From an uncultured bacterium (GTDB lineage: Bacteria; Omnitrophota; Gorgyraeia; Zapsychrales; Aceulaceae): a stretch of DNA of 64,000 nucleotides. Of this stretch, positions 1 to 9,439 are shown piece after piece. The stretch lies in contig CALGLP010000022.1 in the NCBI GenBank assembly GCA_937930175.1, forward strand, positions 2,585 to 66,584, given 5' to 3'. The translations under genes and the position numbers were made by a program. Numbering within the stretch: the first letter of the stretch is position 1; every line of letters starts with the position of its first letter. A model generated the notes under the pieces. It was not told the origin of the DNA, did not search any database, and saw only the letters and a list, made by a program, of their open reading frames with translations.

Positions 1-7
1 CTTCTTT

Positions 8-3000
8 GTGCTTTCGACGATTGCTTTTCGTCTTTGGAGAGAAAAGCTTAAGACATCCTTACAATGGCAATGGCTTGCGCTTTTTGGGTTGTTGCATGGC
101 ATGAGCAAATGGCTTGGCATGCTTGCCATGAGCGCCTCTTTTTATTTTTCCTTAAGAATTTTTACGCTGATCATGATGGCGGTTTCGTTTTGTTGCTTGT
201 TTGAATTTGGTCGACGGTCTTGTCGGGATGACAAAGGGCATTCCTTGGTTGGGATATGGATGTATGCGCCCCTGATTCTTTTGTGCAGTGTTTGTGGGTT
301 ACATGGGCTAACAGGTTGGAATATTGGGTTTCGTTATTCTTTTGGTTTGTTTGGTGGTCTGCTTGCTGGCCTTGCGTTCTTTCTTCGCGCGAAGGATACG
401 CCTTTTGATCATAAAGAATGGTTGCGTATGGGAGCTGTAGGTTTCTTTCTTTATGCGATAGCCTCTGGCTTTGTTGTTCCTCGGCTAGATTTTTTTCCTG
501 CCTCTATTGTTAATGATGATGCCTTTCTTCGTTTAACAGGGGTGGTTGTTCAGGTTATTCGGGCTTTGTGCGCAGGGCTGATCGCCTTTTTTTGTTTTCT
601 TATTTTTATTAATTTAAGGATCTCATGGTCTTCTGAAAGTGTACGTAGGCATATCAAGAGAGTTTTTCTTTGGCAAGCATTGATTTTGATTACTTTTGTT
701 ATTTTGGGTTGGTTTTTTGTTCATAAAGTATCGGAAGAAAAGATTGCGTCTAAGAAAGAATATCTTTTAAAGCAAGCACGTATTTTGTCGAAGTCTATTA
801 ATCCTGAGCATATTATGGCTCTTAAGGGAACAAAGGATGATGTGCTTTTGCCTCAGTATATTCGTATTTGGGGTCAGCTACAAAAGATTGTTGAGATCTT
901 TCCAGAATATCGATTTGCTTATCTTATGTCAAGCCAAGATCGAAGGCTTGTCTTTTTAGTTGATTCTGAGCCCTTAGGATCTGCGGATCGTTCAATGCCC
1001 GGGGATGTTTATGATGATGCTTCGGCTGATTTTCAAAATGCTTTTGTAAGGAAAGAAGAAAGTTTTTCCGGTCCTGATACGGATCAATGGGGGACGTGGG
1101 TTACTTTAACTGTGCCTATTTTTGATCCCCGTACAGGTAGTTTGCTGGCGATGTTTTGTCTTGATCAAGATGCTCAAGATTGGACGACTAGTTTTTTTCA
1201 GGATCGCTTGAAAGGTATCAGTTTGGTTTTAATTTTATCTATTTTTGTTTTGTTAGGGTTTTTTATTTTTGGAAGGGATAGACCTTTGGGCAAAAGGTTC
1301 TTTTACGCGGAGACCTTTTATGTTGCAGGATTTTGTTTACTCATGGCAGCTTGCGTTTTTCTTTCAGTTTTTTCTAAAAGTCGTGAGGATCTTTTTGATA
1401 AATTTCAACAAGTTGCCATCAATGCAGAACAGATCTTTTATTCAGAAATGAATAGTGTGCGGACGGATCTCGATTATTTATCAAGATTTTTCCGCGCTTC
1501 ACAGAATGTGGATCGAGCGGAATTTCATTTTTATGCTTTAGGGCTTGTTCGCGATTATCTCGGGCGTCAGGCCTTTGCGTGGTTGCCCCGTGTTAAGCAG
1601 GAAGAGGTTGCGCTTTACGAGGAAAAGGCTAGGGAAGATGGCTTAAGTGATTTTTTTATTTTTGAGAAATCTACGACAGGGGAAAAGAGACAGGTTGCTG
1701 GGAGGCCTGAATATTTTCCGTTGTATTATTTGGAGCCTCGTTCGGATAATAAGTCGGCTTTAGGCTTTGATGCTTATTCGGAGCCTTTGCGTCGCGATGC
1801 TTTGATGCGCGCGCAAGAATCCGGTCTTAGGTGCGCAACGGGGTGGATTGATTTTGTTGTGCATCAAAAAGAACGAAAGAGCGGTTTTCTGGTCTATCAA
1901 CCTATTGACGAGAACCAAATGATGTCAGCCGATGTGGAAGGTTCTCCCAGGGCGCTTAAAGGTTTTCTTATGGCTGCGATTCGTCCTCAGGCGATCCTCG
2001 AGACCGGGCTTTTGGGTGGGCCCCGCGGAAGAAAGCAGTTGGCCCAGATCATTGTTCTAGACCTTAATGATCCCTCGGGGATTAAGATGATCGCTTCCTA
2101 TCCTCACATGGATGACCGGGGCAAAGAGAAGCTTAAGGATTTTCTTAAAAGAAAACCTGGTGAACTTAAAGAAGTAACATTAAACACCTTTTTTGGGAAT
2201 TCTTATGCTATCGTGGCTATTCCAACAAAAGCATTTTTTGACGAATACCCCCAAAATTTACCTTGGGTTATATGTTTGGGAGGGCTATTTCTTACAACTG
2301 TTTTATCAGCCTTGTCATTTGTTTTGCAAAATGCACGTCGGCATGCAGAGAAAATAGTTGAGCAGCGGACCGCGGAACTATTTGAAAGTGAGCAGCGCTT
2401 TCGAAGCCTTTTTGACAATATGGCTGATGGTGTGGCGATTTATAAGGGTATTGATGACGGACAAGACTTTATTTTTGTTGATATCAATAAGGCGGGAGAA
2501 AGACTTTCTCAGGTTAGCCGCAAGGATGTTGTTGGTAAGCGGGTGACTCATGTTTTTCCGGGAGTCCAAGATCTTGGGCTCCTGAAGGCGTTTACCCGCG
2601 TTTGGAAAACAGGCACTTCTGAGATCTGCCCGCAAAGCCTTTACAAAGATGGGCGTATTGAGCAATGGGTGGAAAACTTTGTTTGCAAGGTTTCAAAAGA
2701 TCTTGTTGCCGCGATTTATACTGACATGACGAATTTGAAGCGTTCGCAAGAGGCTTTGAGTCGGGCGCACAAGGATCTTGCGTCGATTATGGATGCGGCA
2801 ACGCGCGTTTCTATTATTTCAACGGATCTTTCTGGGATTATTAAAACATTTAATAAGGGCGCAGAAAATCTTTTAGGGTATCGTTCAGAAGAGGTGGTTG
2901 GGAAGAAAGTTTATTCGTTGATTCATCTTGAGTCAGAGATGGTGGCCTACGACAAAGTGCTTTCGCAAGAGTTTGGTTATCACGTCAGCGGATTTGAAAC

Positions 3001-3334
3001 TTTTGTCGCCCGTGTTAAGCGCGGCTTGCATGAAGAGCATGAATGGACGTATCTTAAGAAAGATGGGGCATCTTTGACGGTTAATCTTGTGGTCACGGCG
3101 ATTAAAGATGAGAAAGGGGCTATGACGGGATTCTTGGGGATTGCCACAGACGTAACCGAGCGCAAACAATCCGATGAACGTTTAAAAAGAAGCCTTGCCG
3201 ATTTGCAGCAATTTCACGCTGCAACGATCAATCGTGAATCACGCGTTATTGAATTAAAGAAAGAAATCAACGCGCTGTCTTTGAAGTTGGGTCAACAACC
3301 TCCTTACGACCTATCTTTTTTAAGTGAGAGCTAA
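8..3334 (+). CDS. Membrane sensor protein: N-terminal multi-TM region, extracytoplasmic CHASE domain, two cytoplasmic PAS domains. No histidine-kinase, GGDEF or other output domain detected. N-terminus may be truncated by the window edge.
   Basis: 1108-aa ORF. Hydrophobic TM stretches in the first ~230 aa and around aa 400-445. CHASE-like region (AWLPRVKQEEV...EYFPLYYLEP...ALGFDAYSEP). PAS-like segments (DGVAIYKGIDDGQDFIFVDINKAGERLS; SIISTDLSGIIKTFNKGAENLLGY). C-terminus is a coiled-coil and ends without HisKA/HATPase motifs. Confidence 0.65.
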   Translation: MLSTIAFRLWREKLKTSLQWQWLALFGLLHGMSKWLGMLAMSASFYFSLRIFTLIMMAVSFCCLFEFGRRSCRDDKGHSLVGIWMYAPLILLCSVCGLHGLTGWNIGFRYSFGLFGGLLAGLAFFLRAKDTPFDHKEWLRMGAVGFFLYAIASGFVVPRLDFFPASIVNDDAFLRLTGVVVQVIRALCAGLIAFFCFLIFINLRISWSSESVRRHIKRVFLWQALILITFVILGWFFVHKVSEEKIASKKEYLLKQARILSKSINPEHIMALKGTKDDVLLPQYIRIWGQLQKIVEIFPEYRFAYLMSSQDRRLVFLVDSEPLGSADRSMPGDVYDDASADFQNAFVRKEESFSGPDTDQWGTWVTLTVPIFDPRTGSLLAMFCLDQDAQDWTTSFFQDRLKGISLVLILSIFVLLGFFIFGRDRPLGKRFFYAETFYVAGFCLLMAACVFLSVFSKSREDLFDKFQQVAINAEQIFYSEMNSVRTDLDYLSRFFRASQNVDRAEFHFYALGLVRDYLGRQAFAWLPRVKQEEVALYEEKAREDGLSDFFIFEKSTTGEKRQVAGRPEYFPLYYLEPRSDNKSALGFDAYSEPLRRDALMRAQESGLRCATGWIDFVVHQKERKSGFLVYQPIDENQMMSADVEGSPRALKGFLMAAIRPQAILETGLLGGPRGRKQLAQIIVLDLNDPSGIKMIASYPHMDDRGKEKLKDFLKRKPGELKEVTLNTFFGNSYAIVAIPTKAFFDEYPQNLPWVICLGGLFLTTVLSALSFVLQNARRHAEKIVEQRTAELFESEQRFRSLFDNMADGVAIYKGIDDGQDFIFVDINKAGERLSQVSRKDVVGKRVTHVFPGVQDLGLLKAFTRVWKTGTSEICPQSLYKDGRIEQWVENFVCKVSKDLVAAIYTDMTNLKRSQEALSRAHKDLASIMDAATRVSIISTDLSGIIKTFNKGAENLLGYRSEEVVGKKVYSLIHLESEMVAYDKVLSQEFGYHVSGFETFVARVKRGLHEEHEWTYLKKDGASLTVNLVVTAIKDEKGAMTGFLGIATDVTERKQSDERLKRSLADLQQFHAATINRESRVIELKKEINALSLKLGQQPPYDLSFLSES

Positions 3335-3373
3335 GAAAGGGTAGGGCGTTAAGGCCTGTCTATTATAAATATT

Positions 3374-5251
3374 ATGCAGCATTCTTTATTTTTACCCATG
3401 TTTCCAGACGATATAAAAGCTCGAGGATGGAGAGAGCTTGATGTTCTTATCATTAGCGGTGACGCCTATGTAGATCATCCTTCATATGGCACGGCAGTCA
3501 TTGGTCGGGTTTTAGAGGATCAGGGATATAAGGTTGGCATCATTGCTCAGCCGGATTGGCGAAGCCTTGAGGATTTTAAGCGGCTTGGTCGGCCACGACT
3601 TTGTGCCTGCATTACCTCTGGGAATGTTGATTCGATGGTGGCGCATTATACGGCCAACAAGCGTAAGCGTCATGGCGATGACTATACTCCCGGCGGGGTG
3701 GAGGGTAAGCGTCCAGATCGTGCCTTGATCGTTTATAGCCATCGCATACGCGAGGCGTTTAAAGGAATTCCCATTATTTTAGGTGGTCTTGAAGCGAGCA
3801 TGAGGCGGCTTGCGCATTATGATTATTGGGATGATGCTCCTCGGCGTTCGGTTTTGCTTGATGCGAAAGCGGATATGATTGTTTACGGCATGGGAGAGCG
3901 ACAAATCGTTGACGTTGTTAAGCGCCTTGATGGCGGTGAAATGATTGGCACCATGGTCAATGTACGTGGAACTGCGGTTAACGTTAAAAAAGAAAACATT
4001 CCTCAAGATGCTATTGTAATTCCTTCTTTTGAAGACGTGCAAAAAAGTCTTGAAGCTTTTAACAAGGCTTTTGTCGTTATAAATCAGCAGCTGAGCCCTG
4101 CGAAGGCTCGGGCGATTGTGCAGCTGCATAAGGATCAGTATGTGTTGCAGAATCCACCAGCATTACCTTTGACAACTAAAGAGCTTGACCATAGCTATGC
4201 TCTTCCTTATCAGCGTGCGTGGCACCCCTTTTATGATGCCTTAGGCGGGATCAAAGGTTTTGAAACTGTGCGTTGGTCGATCATTGCCTTACGTGGTTGT
4301 CCTGGCGAGTGCAGTTTTTGCGGACTAGGCATGCATCAGGGACGGATTGTGCAGAGTCGCAGCGAGGAATCGATTTTGAAAGAGGCAAGGCTTTTGGCTA
4401 GTCTACCTGGATTTCGGGGCACTATTACTGATCTTGGTGGTCCAACGGCAAATCTTTATCTTGCCACGTGTGCCAAATGGGATGCGCAGGATCCCTGTGC
4501 CTCAAGGCAATGTTTGATGCCGCAGAAATGTCCGTCTTTGAAATTAGGCTATAGCAAGACCCTGGCGCTTTATCGCGCGATCAAAAAGATTCCTGGCGTT
4601 AAACATCTTTTTATTGAAAGCGGCATTCGCTATGATTTGTTGGTTGAGTCGCAGGCGCAAGAATATCTTCGGGAGTTGTGCGCCAATTATATTAGCGGCC
4701 AGATGAAGGTGGCCCCGGAACATACCGATGAGGGTGTTTTGAAGCTAATGAATAAGCCTTCGTATAAAGTATATGAGGCCTTTGTTCATCAATTTGAAAA
4801 AGTGAATGCGCGGCTTGAAAAGAAAAGATTTCTTGTGAATTATTTTATCAGCGCGCATCCTGGAAGCCGTTTGAACGAAGCCTTGTCATGCGCCACAAGA
4901 CTTTTGTCGCGCAATATTTATCCTGAGCAAATTCAAGATTATTTGCCTCTTCCTATGACACTCGCGAGTTGCCTATATTATACCGGCGTTCACCCTGTAA
5001 GCGGAGAATCTGTTTTTGTTGCCAAGGATTCGCAGGAGCGCTTGATGCAGCGCGCGTTGTTGCAGTCGCAGAATTCTGAGAACCGTCCCTTGATTCAGAA
5101 GGCTTTGCGTATTCTTGGCCGGGAAGACCTGGAGGGCTATTTTTTTCCGCGTAGACCAAGAGAGCGCAAAATAATATCGAGGTATTTAGCATATCGTAAA
5201 AAACAAAAGAGTGGCGATCGAAGGGCGTTAAAAAAATCTAAAAGGAGGTAG
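3374..5251 (+). CDS. ygiQ: YgiQ family radical SAM protein (UPF0313)
   Basis: N-terminus MFPDDIKARGWRELDVLIISGDAYVDHPSYGTAVIGRVLEDQGYKVGIIAQPDW is the characteristic YgiQ N-terminal domain. 625 aa with Cys-rich radical SAM core (GCPGECSFCG). Confidence 0.88.
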   Translation: MQHSLFLPMFPDDIKARGWRELDVLIISGDAYVDHPSYGTAVIGRVLEDQGYKVGIIAQPDWRSLEDFKRLGRPRLCACITSGNVDSMVAHYTANKRKRHGDDYTPGGVEGKRPDRALIVYSHRIREAFKGIPIILGGLEASMRRLAHYDYWDDAPRRSVLLDAKADMIVYGMGERQIVDVVKRLDGGEMIGTMVNVRGTAVNVKKENIPQDAIVIPSFEDVQKSLEAFNKAFVVINQQLSPAKARAIVQLHKDQYVLQNPPALPLTTKELDHSYALPYQRAWHPFYDALGGIKGFETVRWSIIALRGCPGECSFCGLGMHQGRIVQSRSEESILKEARLLASLPGFRGTITDLGGPTANLYLATCAKWDAQDPCASRQCLMPQKCPSLKLGYSKTLALYRAIKKIPGVKHLFIESGIRYDLLVESQAQEYLRELCANYISGQMKVAPEHTDEGVLKLMNKPSYKVYEAFVHQFEKVNARLEKKRFLVNYFISAHPGSRLNEALSCATRLLSRNIYPEQIQDYLPLPMTLASCLYYTGVHPVSGESVFVAKDSQERLMQRALLQSQNSENRPLIQKALRILGREDLEGYFFPRRPRERKIISRYLAYRKKQKSGDRRALKKSKRR

Positions 5252-5255
5252 GGTT

Positions 5256-5675
5256 ATGGCAGGCATTGGTGCCTTTTTTTATCAATGGTTGAACTTTTTC
5301 TTGGGCAAGATCACTATTTTTATGGTTATTTTTGCTTGGATCTTTATTATGAGTGGAGTTTTAATGGTTATCTGGCCAGAACGTGCTAGAAAAAAACTTA
5401 TGCGTATTGGGTTTCGACCACTTAAATTTCTTTTGTTTGCTGTTGCTTTTTTTGTTATAACAAAATTATTATCGTCCATTAGTATTTTAAGAATGAGTCT
5501 TATTGTGTCAGGACTTATTGGCATTATTTGTTTATATTATTCTTTAAAGAAAATGATTTATGAAAAAATGAGCCGTGCCTTAGCAAAAGCCCCTGTGTCC
5601 TTGTTAAGGGGTTTTGCTTTGGCCCAGATCGGTGCTGGTCTTTTGATGCTTGTTTTTCAAAAAAGAATTTGGTAG
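5256..5675 (+). CDS. Hypothetical integral membrane protein (about 4 TM)
   Basis: 139-aa hydrophobic ORF immediately after ygiQ, preceded by AAGGAGG RBS. Confidence 0.5.
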   Translation: MAGIGAFFYQWLNFFLGKITIFMVIFAWIFIMSGVLMVIWPERARKKLMRIGFRPLKFLLFAVAFFVITKLLSSISILRMSLIVSGLIGIICLYYSLKKMIYEKMSRALAKAPVSLLRGFALAQIGAGLLMLVFQKRIW

Positions 5676-5713
5676 GATAAGTTAATATTTATCATTTTAT
5701 GAAAGGAGGGTGT

Positions 5714-5881
5714 ATGAAAATATTGAAGATTGTTTTGGCTATTTTTTTGCCACCGGTAGCTGCGTATATGCAAGTTGGTATTAGTACGCATTTTTGGATT
5801 AATATTGTGGCGACTCTTTGCCTTGGTGTTCCAGGCGTGATTCACGCTCTTTGGCTTGTTTTGACAGATAAAAAAGCGTGA
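5714..5881 (+). CDS. YqaE/Pmp3 family small membrane proteolipid (UPF0057)
   Basis: MKILKIVLAIFLPPVAAYMQVGISTHFWINIVATLCLGVPGVIHALW matches the Pmp3/YqaE two-TM proteolipid pattern. The GGAGG RBS lies inside the track ORF (5699), so the real start is likely ATG 5714. Confidence 0.75.
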   Translation: MKILKIVLAIFLPPVAAYMQVGISTHFWINIVATLCLGVPGVIHALWLVLTDKKA

Positions 5882-5906
5882 TATTTTTTTAGAGGGGTCT
5901 TTATGA

Positions 5907-5945
5907 GGGCCTTCTTGTCAAGATTTGACAAGAAGGCCCTTTTTA
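5907..5945 (+). terminator. Rho-independent terminator
   Basis: Perfect 14-bp stem GGGCCTTCTTGTCA/TGACAAGAAGGCCC with 5-nt loop, followed by TTTTT. Confidence 0.8.
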
Positions 5946-6166
5946 AAATAATTCATTTTTGATCATTTTAACTTCGATTGGTTTGTATGAATTCATCATG
6001 AGAATGAAAAAACATGTGATAGAATACTTTGTTTATGGTCCAGCAAAGAATAACTGTCAGGCAAAAAGATATTGCGCGTTTGTTGCGCAATCAGCGTAAA
6101 AATTGTAAAGCAAAGATAAAAATGGCGAAAGATCTTAAAACACGTTCTCGGTAATTAAAGGTTGCC

Positions 6167-7801
6167 ATGAATCCCATTATTCAAATAAGAAATCTTAAGA
6201 AAACATTTACGTCGCAGACAAGCGGCATTGACAAGATCAAGGCTGTGGATGGTATCAGCTTGGACATCCTTCAAGGAGAGGTCTTGGGGATCTTGGGTCC
6301 CAATGGCGCCGGTAAAACAACCTTTCTGAATATTCTTTCGACCCTTCTTTTAGCCGATAGCGGGATGGTGCAGATCGATGGGGTTCCTCTTGCGCCAAAA
6401 TATTTTAAGCGCCTAAGGAAAATCCTTAACATGTCCTCGGGTCATCCTAATTTTCCTTGGAGCTTGACCGTGGATGAGAATTTGAAGTTTTATGCCCTTC
6501 TTTACGGTCTTCGTGGCGGGGCTCTTGAGAGCAAATTGGGCGAACTTAAAGAGATGTTTAATCTTGGGCCTATTGCTCGTCAGCGCTTTGATGAGCTATC
6601 TAGCGGAAGCAAACAAAAAGTTTCCCTGGCGAAGGCTCTTCTTAATGATCCTAAAATAATTTTTCTTGATGAGCCAACCGTAGGTCTTGATCCGGATGTG
6701 GCGATGAAGATCCGTGAACGCATTTTGGATGTTTTTAAAAGAAAGAAGCTGACCATTTTATTGACGACGCATAACATGGCTGAGGCGGAGGCTATGTCAA
6801 ACCGTATTGCGTTTATCCGTCATGGGCGCTTGTTGCGCCTGGCCAAGCCCGCTGATTTAAAAGCCCTTGAGGGCAGGGCAAGCCTCGAAGAAGTTTTTTT
6901 AAAGCTTGTGGCGCAGCGTGAAGAGGTTCAGGGCGAGAAGGCTTTTTTCAGTGCAGAGGCGATGGCCTCATCCTCGTCAGAATCCATAAAAGAGCATGCT
7001 ATAGTTGATTCTAAGAGCATGCGGCTGTGGTTTCAGCGGACCTTTGCCTTTACGTATCGTAACTATAAATTTGCCGTTCGTAATTTTTTTGCCTTTGTCG
7101 AGCTTATTTTCTGGCCCCTCGTGAGTTTAGTATCGATTGGTCTGATGGGACATTTTCTTGAACTGAAAGAAAACGCCCTGGCCTTTGTCATGACCGGTGC
7201 GATTGCCGCGGGTGTTTTACAGGTGACACAACTGGATGTGGCATACAGCTTGCTTTATGAGGTTTGGTCCAAAAGCATGAAGCACACCTTTTTGACGCCG
7301 GTGGGTTTGAGTGAAAATCTTTTTGGATCATGGGTGATTGGCATAGCCCGAGGAAGCATTATTTTTGGTATTCTTTCTGTGTGCGCCACGTTTCTTTTTG
7401 GGTTTCATTTTCCGTCGATAGGGATCCTTGCGGTCTTTTTATTTGGTATTTTCTCTTCTGCCTTGTTGCTAGGCCTTTTAGTAAGCGTTTTGATCCTGAC
7501 CTTTGGACAAAAAGCTGAGATTACCGCTTGGATGTTTGCTTATCTTTTTATGCTCGTGAGTGGTATTTATTATCCGGTCAATACCTTGCCGCCCTTTTTC
7601 TACTATCTTGCTCAACTGCTGCCGATTACGTATTTCTTAGAATTCTTTCGTGCGAGTTTTGGCTTTGAGCCCCTGTTTTCGTTTGGGCTCGTTAAGGGCT
7701 TCTTGCTGATTGTGGTCTATTTAATCTTAGGACTTCAGGCCATGCGTTATGCTTTTTATCAGGCGAGGAAAAAAGGAATCATTGTTCGCCTTTCAGAATA
7801 A
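6167..7801 (+). CDS. ABC transporter, fused ATP-binding domain and ABC-2 type permease domain
   Basis: Walker A GPNGAGKTT, ABC signature LSSGSKQKVSLAKAL, Walker B IIFLDEPT in the N-terminal ~250 aa. C-terminal ~270 aa has six hydrophobic helices typical of ABC-2 permeases. Confidence 0.85.
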   Translation: MNPIIQIRNLKKTFTSQTSGIDKIKAVDGISLDILQGEVLGILGPNGAGKTTFLNILSTLLLADSGMVQIDGVPLAPKYFKRLRKILNMSSGHPNFPWSLTVDENLKFYALLYGLRGGALESKLGELKEMFNLGPIARQRFDELSSGSKQKVSLAKALLNDPKIIFLDEPTVGLDPDVAMKIRERILDVFKRKKLTILLTTHNMAEAEAMSNRIAFIRHGRLLRLAKPADLKALEGRASLEEVFLKLVAQREEVQGEKAFFSAEAMASSSSESIKEHAIVDSKSMRLWFQRTFAFTYRNYKFAVRNFFAFVELIFWPLVSLVSIGLMGHFLELKENALAFVMTGAIAAGVLQVTQLDVAYSLLYEVWSKSMKHTFLTPVGLSENLFGSWVIGIARGSIIFGILSVCATFLFGFHFPSIGILAVFLFGIFSSALLLGLLVSVLILTFGQKAEITAWMFAYLFMLVSGIYYPVNTLPPFFYYLAQLLPITYFLEFFRASFGFEPLFSFGLVKGFLLIVVYLILGLQAMRYAFYQARKKGIIVRLSE

Positions 7802-7816
7802 TTTAAAGAAACTATT

Positions 7817-8674
7817 ATGACTTCCGAGCCCTTAGCTTTTCATCATAAGGATAAGCTTCACGAGCGCCTTAAAGCCGTTCCTACCTTTTTGTCGGAATAT
7901 AGTTTTGCCAATCTCTATCTTTTTCGCCATGCGCACAACTTTCATCTTGTTGTCGATGGCCAAGAGATGTGGCTGACGGGTAAAACGTATGATGGACACT
8001 CCTTTGTGATGCCCACCTGTGATATTCGTACGCAAAGTGTGGAACCGCTTTTAAAGGTGGCGAGGGGTTATGATTTTATTTTTCCTATTGATGAAGCCTG
8101 GTTGAGCTCTTTTGATCCCAAGGGTGTCCGCGTGGAATTTGATGAAGGCGATTCTGATTATATTTATACAACGCAACAAATGGCGACCTATCAGGGACCC
8201 AAGATGCACGGGAAAAAGAATTTGTTGAATCAGTTTATGGCGCTGTATACGCCGGAGGCAAAACCTTTAACCAAAGAGCGCATGGCGGATGCGCGCGATG
8301 TCTTGGACGCATGGCAGGCAGATATGGCGGAATCTAAGGAAGAGACGGATTATGCGGCGTGCCTGGAAGCCTTTGACCTTTACGATGAGCTTGTTTTATG
8401 TGGAGGGATTTACTACGTGAATCAGGAACCTGCGGGGATCATCATGGGTGAGGAATTTAATCAAACAATGTTTACGCTGCATTTTGCCAAAGGAAAACGA
8501 AAATTTAAGGGCATGTACCAGTATATGTTTAATCATTTTACCAAGATGCTGCCGCATCACTATGAGTTTCTTAATCTTGAGCAAGACTTAGGCAAGCTGG
8601 CCTTAAAGATTGCCAAGGCGTCGTATCATCCGGAGCGGATGCTTAAGAAGTATCGTGTCCGTGTTTTAGCGTAG
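7817..8674 (+). CDS. DUF2156-like protein (resembles the C-terminal aminoacyl-phosphatidylglycerol synthase domain of MprF; GNAT-like fold)
   Basis: 285 aa. Motifs FANLYLFRH...GKKNLLNQF recall DUF2156/LPG_synthase_C. Assignment from memory of the family pattern only. Confidence 0.4.
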   Translation: MTSEPLAFHHKDKLHERLKAVPTFLSEYSFANLYLFRHAHNFHLVVDGQEMWLTGKTYDGHSFVMPTCDIRTQSVEPLLKVARGYDFIFPIDEAWLSSFDPKGVRVEFDEGDSDYIYTTQQMATYQGPKMHGKKNLLNQFMALYTPEAKPLTKERMADARDVLDAWQADMAESKEETDYAACLEAFDLYDELVLCGGIYYVNQEPAGIIMGEEFNQTMFTLHFAKGKRKFKGMYQYMFNHFTKMLPHHYEFLNLEQDLGKLALKIAKASYHPERMLKKYRVRVLA

Positions 8675-8693
8675 TGGCTGTGGGGTTTTTATT

Positions 8694-9356
8694 TTGGTGG
8701 GCTTTAATAAAATGAAAAGATTAAAAGACGGTTTATCGGATTTTAGTTCTCAGAACTTTGCCGCGGCCAAGGTTTTCCTGTTCATGGCTTTTTTTGTTTT
8801 GGGGGCATCGTCGATGGCCTGCGCTCAAGAGGCCAAGGTTTTTTTCTCGCCCAAGGGTGGATGCACGCAAGCCATTGTTGATCAATTATCTCAAGCCCGT
8901 CGGTCTGTTGACATTGCGATTTATTCATTAAGCAGCGAGGATATCGCACGGGAAATAGTTCGTTTAAAGAATAAAAAGGTTAACATCCGGATTCTTTCCG
9001 ATAGGGCTCAAAGCGCGCAAAAAGCTTCAAAAACCAAAGACCTTAAAGCGCAAGGCGTTGACGTGCGTCTTTATACCGGCGGCGGCTTAATGCATAATAA
9101 ATTTGCCGTGATTGATCGCAAGGTGTTGATCACAGGGAGTTTTAATTGGACGCAAAATGCCGAGGAAGATAACGCGGAGAATCTGCTGATCCTTGAGGAT
9201 CAGAAACTTATTGTACGATATACAAAGGAATTTGACTATTTGTGGGCCAGGGGAGAAGCGGAAGAAGGCCAAAGGAGCTTGAGTAAAACCGCACGAAATC
9301 TTTTCCGTTTTCTTGAAAAGATTTTAAAGCAAATCATTAAGGCCTTGCGGCATTAG
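8694..9356 (+). CDS. Phospholipase D family protein, single-HKD Nuc-like endonuclease/phosphodiesterase, secreted
   Basis: HKD motif HNKFAVIDRKVLITGSFNWT. N-terminal signal peptide (FLFMAFFVLGASSMACAQE). Confidence 0.8.
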   Translation: MVGFNKMKRLKDGLSDFSSQNFAAAKVFLFMAFFVLGASSMACAQEAKVFFSPKGGCTQAIVDQLSQARRSVDIAIYSLSSEDIAREIVRLKNKKVNIRILSDRAQSAQKASKTKDLKAQGVDVRLYTGGGLMHNKFAVIDRKVLITGSFNWTQNAEEDNAENLLILEDQKLIVRYTKEFDYLWARGEAEEGQRSLSKTARNLFRFLEKILKQIIKALRH

Positions 9357-9439
9357 ATCAAAAGCTACCAGGGTCGTTAAGATGTTTTTTGGTATTTAGC
9401 ATCGCAGCAAATCTCTGTTATTTTTAGCAAAGAAAATCT

